DNA of 64,000 bases. Origin: Methanobacteriota archaeon (GTDB lineage Archaea > Thermoplasmatota > Thermoplasmata > SG8-5 > JAGLSY01). Numbering within the stretch: position 1 is the stretch's first letter; each line of letters begins with the position of its first letter. The notes beneath the pieces were generated by a model. It was not told where the DNA came from, did not search any database, and saw only the letters and a program-made list of their open reading frames with translations. The translations under genes were made by a program, and so were the position numbers. The stretch covers positions 384,001 through 448,000 of the forward strand of contig JAEHCQ010000001.1 of the NCBI GenBank assembly GCA_020696385.1. The letters are read 5' to 3'. Positions 56,713 to 64,000 of the stretch are shown here, in pieces.

Positions 56713-59700
56713 ATGAATAGAAAAATAGTTTCCGCATTGATAATCATGTCCCTCCTCAGCGTGAGCTTTGGCTATGGATTGATAATGAATGCAGGAGCTA
56801 CCAGTTTCGTCAAGGACATAGAGGGCCCCGATGCAACATTCAGAGATGTTATCTGGAAGGATGATGGGACCTCTGCCTATGTGGTCGGCAATGATACGGC
56901 TGATGGTGTGATATACAATTACACTGCAGAAGATGATACATGGAACCCGCTATCCAGTGTGCCCGGTGATAGTTACAATGCCATCTCCAGAACTGGGAAC
57001 TATACATGGACAGAGGATGTCGAAAGTGGAGATAATGGCTGGACATCGTATGGTGGGCAAGGAGGATCGATCCCTCCTCAGATAGCTTCTTCCACACTTG
57101 TGGGAGAGTGGAAGTTCGACGAGGGTATCGGACAATTCACCAATGAAACAGTGAACAATAATGATGGAGAATTGTTACCGACCTATCCATCGAATGTGCC
57201 GGTTTGGACCTCGGATGGGGTATCTGGTAGTGCTCTGTATTTCGATGGTATCGATGATTATGTGGACACGGATTTCATTCCGAACACCTTCAATATCCAT
57301 GATCATTCAATTTCAGCATGGGTGTATCCAACCGCAAGTGTATCTGGTGGTGTAATTTATGCCGTGGGAGAAGGCAGTACGGATACCACTCTGGAATTCA
57401 AGATAGATAATCTAGAGATAGAAGTATGGCACTGGAGTGATAATTGGTATACTGGCCATACTGTGAATCTTAATGAATGGACGCACATCGTATACACCTA
57501 TAATGCATCCATGAAGACTGGTTACGTGTACATAAATGGCGAATTCGCGACCTCACATGTATTCAGTGGATATCTCAATATCAACAGTGATGGTTACATA
57601 TCTAGCCAGATCGGATTGGGTTACTCAGGCAGATATTTCAGGGGCAATATAGATGAGGTCCAGATATACAATGCCACATTGTCCTTGACAGAAATATCTG
57701 ATTATTATAATATCACAGCCGAGAAAGCAGGAGAGTGGAAGCTTGATGAAGGTGCTGGTATCAATGCAGAAGATACAAGCCAGCATAGCAATCATGGAGC
57801 ACTGTCTAGTATGGATGATACAAATTGGGTCGAGGGCATAAAAGGAGATGCCCTGAGGTTCGATGGCTCAAGTGAATTTGTGGATTGTGGAAATGATGCC
57901 AGTCTCAATATGGGACATGCCTTCACCATCGAGGCTTGGGTCAATATCGATACTGTAGGAAGTTATAGGACCATCTTGAGCAAGGCTGTGGACAATTCTG
58001 TAGGGGGCATATCGTATGCCTTGCTCACGGGCACGGACAATAAAATGCTGATATATTTGAGCAATGGCATTACCAGTGAGTTCGAATACAGCGATACGGT
58101 AGTTCCGACTGGTTCCTGGCATCATGTTGCAGTTGTCATGACAGATACAGATATCAAATTCTTCCTGGATGGACAGCCAGATGGGGTCCGTCCTTCTCAT
58201 ACCGTCACACCCCAGGTGAATGCGGCAACTGTAAGAATAGGAACAAAGGCCAATGCTCCGCAACAATACTTCGATGGCATCATTGATGAGATCAATATAT
58301 GGAATTACAGTTTATCAGATAGTGATATACTGAATAGCTACAATGCTACCACCCTGGTGGGCGATTGGAAGTTCGATGAGGGTATAAATGGGTTAGCTTA
58401 TGATGATAGCCAGTATGATCATGACGGTACATTGGGGCCTACATATCCAGCCAATGCCCCAACATGGACCACAGGTGTAATAGAAAACGCATTGCAATTC
58501 GATGGTGTAGATGATAATATCAATTGTGGCAATGATACGAATTTGAACATGGTCGGTGAGCTGACATTGGAAGCCTGGATCAAACCGCAAGCCGATGGAT
58601 GGAAATTCAGTAAGGCCCTATCCATAAGTGGATCGGCAACCCCTCTTGTAAATTATCAGGTCAGGATAGATCTTAATCCCGGAAACTTCGATTTCTCGAA
58701 AGCAGATCCAAACGGTGATGACATCAGATTCTACAATGACGCAGGAATGAAATTAGATTACTGGATAGGAGATTGGGGCGGGGGAACTGCAACTGTCTGG
58801 GTGGAGGTCCCAAGCATCCCAATCATCGGTACGACTATCTATATGCATTATGGAAACCCAGTTGCTGTGAGTGAAAGTGACCACACCGCGGTCTTAGAAC
58901 CATACACTATCTCATACGATATCGTTAGTAATGCCGGTACCTTTGGTAACTTGGGTTCTTCCATGTACTTGGGCAGCCCTGTGCCTGCTCCAGGAGGTAA
59001 AGTATTCAGCACTGTGAAGCAAGCTGGGATGAGCTTTAGTACTGCTACTTTCCCGATAGATCTTGAATTACAGATATGGGATGGGATCGGTAATCCATCC
59101 ACGCTAGAATACACATTCTCTCCACAGACCGTCTCAACTTTAGGATGGTTCAATTCACCAATTGTTAATCAACCTCTGACTATTAACGATGAATTATTCG
59201 TTATCGTACACAAGTTGAGTGGCGGAACTGCAACAGGGGTTGACTGTGCAAGCACCATACCATCTGGTTTGGGAAGATATTCGGCCGATGGTGCTTCTTG
59301 GAACTCATGGGGCGGGAATTCACCTTCTGTATTCTTTGACGGGTATATGCGCAGTACGGCAAGCCCTGAGCCTTCAGCGACCATCGGGGTTGAGAACGCA
59401 GTGGGCATCAGCAAGCTCGGAGCATATGGCATTGGAGTCGATACTTCCTCAGCATATGCCAGTATAAACGGTGTGGTCATTGATTCAGCCATAACACCAG
59501 GTTGGAATCATATTGCATTGACCTATGACAGTGCCCTCGGCACGAACCACATGAAGCTGTATGTGAACGGCTCTCTTGCAGACCAAGCAAATTGTGCTGG
59601 AGGTATCAGCACGAGCATCAATGATCTAATTATAGGCAATGGAGATGCTTTCAATGGCGTTATAGACGAGGTGAAGATCTATAAGCGCACGCTTGATGCT

Positions 59701-62064
59701 ACCGAGATATCAGATTCCTATAACAATGCCCTGCCAACTGCATCTGGATCTACATCTACACTTTCCTGGCATATTGTGGATCCTGGATTGATCCCCACTC
59801 CTGGCTCCGGCACAGATCATGGTGCAGCAGCCAGTGGTAGCAAGATATGGTGGTTAGGAGATAATGCAACTGGCAACTACGATTCAGGAGAGAGAGAGAC
59901 TAGCAACCTGGTATCTCCAGTAACACACATACCTGATTCTGCCACGACAGGAATGTTCGCTTTCAGCCACTGGTTCGATGTGGAACCAGGTAATCCTGGC
60001 GCAGATATGATGACCGTGTCCATCAAGAACACGAGCGATGGTGGTTGGACACAGCTGAGATACTGGGACAGCGTCAGCACACCAGTGTCAAATTGGAGCC
60101 AAGAGATAATTGATATATCTGGCTGGCTGGGAAATGATATCCAAGTGAACTTCACTTTCGATTCGGCGGACGGTAATAACAATGACTATGCTGGCTGGCA
60201 TATAGATAATATCAGTTTCTACACCAATGATGTGTACATAGTGGTCGGTGATGTGCCAACAGGTGCTGGCTATTCGGCCTATGCAATGGACGAATATGGT
60301 AATATGAATGATATTGATGGTATAAACACTGTAGGATTCAAAGATGTGGCCGGTAGTCCGGCCCCCGCATCCTTCGTGGCAGTTGGCGGAGATCAAGGCA
60401 CCTACTGGGATGGCGAGAACTGGAACACATTGACCGGTGTGAATCCTGGAGACGATCTTAGGGGAGTGGAGTTCAATGGAACTCATTTCTTCATTGTAGG
60501 CCACGATTCAGGCGGCCAGGGTAAGGCCTTCTACATAACCCAGGATGAGCTGGATGCGGATATGTTCGCCATGCACGCCATAGCCAATCCTCCAACAGAA
60601 GGATTGAATGCAATAGAATGGCACAATGGCGTGGGATTAGGCCTTGCCTGTGCCGATGGGGCTGTATATCTTCTGAGCAGTGCCTTAACATGGCAGGAAC
60701 TAGTGGGCGTCAATGCTACAGATGACTACACTGCGGCCACATGGAACGAAGCCGGCACTAGAGCCATAATAGCAGGTAATACGCCAACAGGAAGCGTGGC
60801 CTATAACTTCTACACTGGAAATGATTATATCTCAAAGGTTCCAGATTATGATGCCATATTCTTGAACCACAAGCTTTATGGAGCCGCATACCAGCCAATA
60901 TCTGGAGTGGACGCGGAGGTCATACTGGCCGGAGCTAGTGCTTTCAAGATCACACCAAAGCTCTTCGATCAGAACTCACAAGTGTCAGTAGAGACAATTC
61001 GCCCCAATCTATTGGACATTCAATTTTACAGAACTGGTGATGGTACCAAAGCATCCAGGCTCAATACACAGGTCAATGCTGATGATACCTACACATTCTA
61101 CGCAGAGGTCAATTACAGCTCAGGGGCTGTAGACAGCCTGTTTGACGGTATCAATAACACTGCAATAGACATTGTCGCATGGCATGATGACGATGGAGGC
61201 AGTGAGCTTGCCATACCTCCAGAGGATGACGAGCACAGGACGAGGATGTTCAATGCCACATGGTATGAGGGAGATGGCGGAGGAACACCACAGAATGCCA
61301 TAATGAATTATCCAATAGCAGGCCCGGGAGGAGATGAATTCCAGATAGTTGGCTTTAACAGCGGTTCCGCAGGCGGCGATAGCTGGTGGATCGAAGTTGA
61401 GATATATTTCGGATCACAAGCCTGGGCCGCAGATGGCAATGGATTCGGCAATGGACTATCGACCAATGAAAGCGATCCCATCCAATCCTTCAATGATCCT
61501 GATTCATGGAATTTCATGGTCAACATATATGATCTGTCCATGCCAGCATCCATCAATGCCAGATATGAGGAGTTCGGGTTGTTCAGGCACACGAACATCC
61601 TCGTGGCTTCAGATCCAAGCGGAAACGCGGTTCCAGGTATGACAGATCAATCTCTTGGTGCGGGAAGCCAGATCACTTATTCCACTAACACCGACTATTT
61701 CATCAATGCTTCGATACCGAATCTTGATAGAATAGGGGGAGGAGGCAGCATACTGGCCTCCAATGTCAATGTGTCCATAAACAGTGGACTTGCTAATAAT
61801 TTGAATTCACAGATAGATGCGTCCTGGGGTCCTGCTGGAAGGGCATTCCCTGGAGCGAACATGCCACTTGGCATTTGGGGCAATGCTAGCCAAGTGGATC
61901 GGGATGTAGATGCCCCAATGAACGGAACAACGGCCCACGGGCCATGGGGTTCGGACTTCAATGGATATGGAGCGACAGTCGTGCTGTGGTATATCAGTGT
62001 ACCAGCCGCGACCGCTGAAGGAACGTACCGGGCCAAGATAACATTCACAATAGGATACTACTGA
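56713..62064 (+). CDS. Array paralog 5: scaffold with jelly-roll insert containing three LamG-like domains, the third split by DUF2341
   Basis: Three G(E/D)WK(F/L)DEG..AL.FDG..F.G.IDE units; DFSKA.PNGDDIRF..LDYWI..VWV.VP.IP..IYMHYGNP; shared C-terminal region. Confidence 0.87.
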   Translation: MNRKIVSALIIMSLLSVSFGYGLIMNAGATSFVKDIEGPDATFRDVIWKDDGTSAYVVGNDTADGVIYNYTAEDDTWNPLSSVPGDSYNAISRTGNYTWTEDVESGDNGWTSYGGQGGSIPPQIASSTLVGEWKFDEGIGQFTNETVNNNDGELLPTYPSNVPVWTSDGVSGSALYFDGIDDYVDTDFIPNTFNIHDHSISAWVYPTASVSGGVIYAVGEGSTDTTLEFKIDNLEIEVWHWSDNWYTGHTVNLNEWTHIVYTYNASMKTGYVYINGEFATSHVFSGYLNINSDGYISSQIGLGYSGRYFRGNIDEVQIYNATLSLTEISDYYNITAEKAGEWKLDEGAGINAEDTSQHSNHGALSSMDDTNWVEGIKGDALRFDGSSEFVDCGNDASLNMGHAFTIEAWVNIDTVGSYRTILSKAVDNSVGGISYALLTGTDNKMLIYLSNGITSEFEYSDTVVPTGSWHHVAVVMTDTDIKFFLDGQPDGVRPSHTVTPQVNAATVRIGTKANAPQQYFDGIIDEINIWNYSLSDSDILNSYNATTLVGDWKFDEGINGLAYDDSQYDHDGTLGPTYPANAPTWTTGVIENALQFDGVDDNINCGNDTNLNMVGELTLEAWIKPQADGWKFSKALSISGSATPLVNYQVRIDLNPGNFDFSKADPNGDDIRFYNDAGMKLDYWIGDWGGGTATVWVEVPSIPIIGTTIYMHYGNPVAVSESDHTAVLEPYTISYDIVSNAGTFGNLGSSMYLGSPVPAPGGKVFSTVKQAGMSFSTATFPIDLELQIWDGIGNPSTLEYTFSPQTVSTLGWFNSPIVNQPLTINDELFVIVHKLSGGTATGVDCASTIPSGLGRYSADGASWNSWGGNSPSVFFDGYMRSTASPEPSATIGVENAVGISKLGAYGIGVDTSSAYASINGVVIDSAITPGWNHIALTYDSALGTNHMKLYVNGSLADQANCAGGISTSINDLIIGNGDAFNGVIDEVKIYKRTLDATEISDSYNNALPTASGSTSTLSWHIVDPGLIPTPGSGTDHGAAASGSKIWWLGDNATGNYDSGERETSNLVSPVTHIPDSATTGMFAFSHWFDVEPGNPGADMMTVSIKNTSDGGWTQLRYWDSVSTPVSNWSQEIIDISGWLGNDIQVNFTFDSADGNNNDYAGWHIDNISFYTNDVYIVVGDVPTGAGYSAYAMDEYGNMNDIDGINTVGFKDVAGSPAPASFVAVGGDQGTYWDGENWNTLTGVNPGDDLRGVEFNGTHFFIVGHDSGGQGKAFYITQDELDADMFAMHAIANPPTEGLNAIEWHNGVGLGLACADGAVYLLSSALTWQELVGVNATDDYTAATWNEAGTRAIIAGNTPTGSVAYNFYTGNDYISKVPDYDAIFLNHKLYGAAYQPISGVDAEVILAGASAFKITPKLFDQNSQVSVETIRPNLLDIQFYRTGDGTKASRLNTQVNADDTYTFYAEVNYSSGAVDSLFDGINNTAIDIVAWHDDDGGSELAIPPEDDEHRTRMFNATWYEGDGGGTPQNAIMNYPIAGPGGDEFQIVGFNSGSAGGDSWWIEVEIYFGSQAWAADGNGFGNGLSTNESDPIQSFNDPDSWNFMVNIYDLSMPASINARYEEFGLFRHTNILVASDPSGNAVPGMTDQSLGAGSQITYSTNTDYFINASIPNLDRIGGGGSILASNVNVSINSGLANNLNSQIDASWGPAGRAFPGANMPLGIWGNASQVDRDVDAPMNGTTAHGPWGSDFNGYGATVVLWYISVPAATAEGTYRAKITFTIGYY

Positions 62065-62084
62065 AAATAGATGGAGGAATATAA

Positions 62085-64000
62085 ATGAAGACAAAATTCG
62101 CCGTATTGGCAATTGTGGCCGCGATGGTCTGTCTCAGCTTAGCGAACGTGTCTCCCAGCGTAGGTGCGGGAGATGTAGGTGGCGATGTGGTGCGGGAACT
62201 GCTCTCAACACCACCCGGCATAACTGTAAATGATGTAGCCTGGAACAGTGATGGGACAAGGGCACTTGTCGTTGGCTTTGATTCCAATGGCGATGGGCGA
62301 AATGCTGCATGGTATATTCCAGAACTGAATACCTGGAGCTATGTGGCCAATTACCCATATCCTGCTGGCTATACCCTGAACTCATGTGAATACAACCCCT
62401 ACAACAATATCTTCTTTGTCACGGGAGATGTACAAGGTGGCCAGTGTACCTGTTACTATATCAGTCCTGGTTCTGGTTCTATGATAAGACTGCCATCCAA
62501 TGGTGCCTACCCGACCATGGACATGAAAGATATGGCCGTAGGTGATTACGGCAATGGAGTTGCCGTCGGATTCAATGATCAGGTCTACTTCTATAAGAAC
62601 TCAGGAAGTACATGGAGTGTTCTGAATGATGCTGATGATACACTGCCATATGCAGATTATTATGATGTTGATTATGAATCTACATTCCAGCGCTTCTACA
62701 TCGTGGGAAATGCTGGCAGTTCGGCAATGATAACCTACACGGATCAAATACCGGATGGAGCTGCCATACCAGCAGCCCACTACAATTACTTGTTTGCAGA
62801 ATTGGGAAATTATCCAGAGCTTTACTCCATCGCCTGGAACAATGACCCAGACCTTCCTATTGTAGATAAATACGCCCTATTAGGCGGCAATGACGTGCTG
62901 GTAGGTATCAAGCCTTATGATCTCGGCGAACAGTTCTATCCTGGAACTAGCTATCCTAATGGATATTATGATCACATAACATGGGATGAATCTAATTGGA
63001 ATGAGGCCACTGTAATATCCAATAGAGGCGGAGTGTCCACATTATACCAGTTCATGAATTCCTCAAAAGATCTGGTATTCCTTGATTCCCTTGCTCCCGA
63101 CTACTTCACGGCAGTTGATTACAAGCCACCAGCCAGCCCCAGTTGGGGGTTCGTGGTCGGTACAATTGGCGGATACCAACTCAATACCAATGCCTTCCAT
63201 TCCGATACCACGATAACCATCAGTTCGGATATGCCACATATCTTCTCCATGGATATGTGGAAGCAAGTTGATGGTATTGGCGGAGCCTCCAAATTCAATA
63301 CACAGGTGGATGTGGACACGGTATACACTTTCGCCATCGAGGTAAATTACACAGTTGGTGGAGCCAATAAGCTCTTCGATGGAATAGATGATGTACGTAT
63401 TGTTCTGGAAGCCTATTATGACGAAGGGAGTGCCAATAGTTTTGCCGAGCCTACCTGGGCTACCCCTGATAATCGAACAAGGCAGTTCAGTTTCCTATGG
63501 GAAGAAGGTGTTGCCGGTGATTCCGTGAACATGGTCTACCCTATTCTCAGCCCTGGAACTGACGAGGTCCAGCTGGTGAATGGCTGGCGAGATCCTGCAA
63601 GCTATGGAGCTGATGGATTCAGCTATCGATTGTATTTCAATGTTTCATTCGGAGCCCAGATGCGGGCTGCCGATGGCAATGGGTTCGGCAATGGAGCCGC
63701 ATCGGAACCATGGGATGAGAGCACGGCCTTCGATGATCTGGATTCCTGGAATATCGGTATGATGATCTATGATAATCTTTACCCTGGTGCGGCCAATGCC
63801 TCATATGAGGAGTTCGGTATCTTCCAGTATTCGAACATAACAGTTTCTGGAAGTCCTTCTGGTAATGCACCACCTGGAACAGTAGACCAGGTTCTTGGAA
63901 ATCCAAGCCTGATCACAGTTTCTTCCAATATTCCGTATTATGTCAATGTCTCAGTGCCAGATCTTGCAAAGATCGGAGGTGGTCTACCTATATCCGCTAA
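62085..64000 (+). CDS. Array paralog 6 (3'-partial): insert-free scaffold
   Basis: Not in the ORF track; GGAGG RBS, MKTKFAVLAIVAAMVCLSLA signal peptide, open to window end; colinear with paralog 1 minus its insert (DVGGD.V.E, KPPASPSWGF, NRTRQF, AADGNGFGNG). Confidence 0.85.
   Translation, partial: MKTKFAVLAIVAAMVCLSLANVSPSVGAGDVGGDVVRELLSTPPGITVNDVAWNSDGTRALVVGFDSNGDGRNAAWYIPELNTWSYVANYPYPAGYTLNSCEYNPYNNIFFVTGDVQGGQCTCYYISPGSGSMIRLPSNGAYPTMDMKDMAVGDYGNGVAVGFNDQVYFYKNSGSTWSVLNDADDTLPYADYYDVDYESTFQRFYIVGNAGSSAMITYTDQIPDGAAIPAAHYNYLFAELGNYPELYSIAWNNDPDLPIVDKYALLGGNDVLVGIKPYDLGEQFYPGTSYPNGYYDHITWDESNWNEATVISNRGGVSTLYQFMNSSKDLVFLDSLAPDYFTAVDYKPPASPSWGFVVGTIGGYQLNTNAFHSDTTITISSDMPHIFSMDMWKQVDGIGGASKFNTQVDVDTVYTFAIEVNYTVGGANKLFDGIDDVRIVLEAYYDEGSANSFAEPTWATPDNRTRQFSFLWEEGVAGDSVNMVYPILSPGTDEVQLVNGWRDPASYGADGFSYRLYFNVSFGAQMRAADGNGFGNGAASEPWDESTAFDDLDSWNIGMMIYDNLYPGAANASYEEFGIFQYSNITVSGSPSGNAPPGTVDQVLGNPSLITVSSNIPYYVNVSVPDLAKIGGGLPISA

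Noticed and set aside
41030-64000. Diversity-generating retroelement or invertase shufflon behind the array variation
   Set aside because: No reverse transcriptase or recombinase in the window, no adenine-specific template/variable repeat pair, all genes on one strand, and paralogs differ at many synonymous sites.
1-64000. tRNA, rRNA, SRP or RNase P genes and IS elements
   Set aside because: No T-loop/cloverleaf or other diagnostic motif and no transposase ORF seen by eye; a covariance-model scan would be needed to exclude them fully.

Overview
Gene-dense archaeal chromosome segment, most likely Thermoplasmatota-like (inferred from RadA, Dph5, Trm5, RaSEA, ABCE1, archaeal rpl1-rpl10-rpl12, ATP-dependent ligase and TATA-box promoters). 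Positions 1-40.8 kb are mostly housekeeping genes. They include a compact Aeropyrum-type modified mevalonate cluster (mvk, UbiD, LpdD-like protein, AcnX large and small subunits), a degenerate FtsZ-family gene, a CdrS-like regulator not followed by ftsZ, and a PadR-ABC exporter locus with a triple palindromic operator. Positions 41.0-64 kb hold the main finding: a tandem array of at least six paralogous secreted proteins. All share a scaffold of signal peptide, beta-propeller and a conserved C-terminal region ending in a WxL/pilin-like motif with no membrane anchor. Each carries a different, often nested, cassette of lectin/adhesin-type domains inserted near the same propeller junction. No tRNA, rRNA, CRISPR array, transposase or integrase was recognised. 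Domain names come from motif recognition, not database searches.
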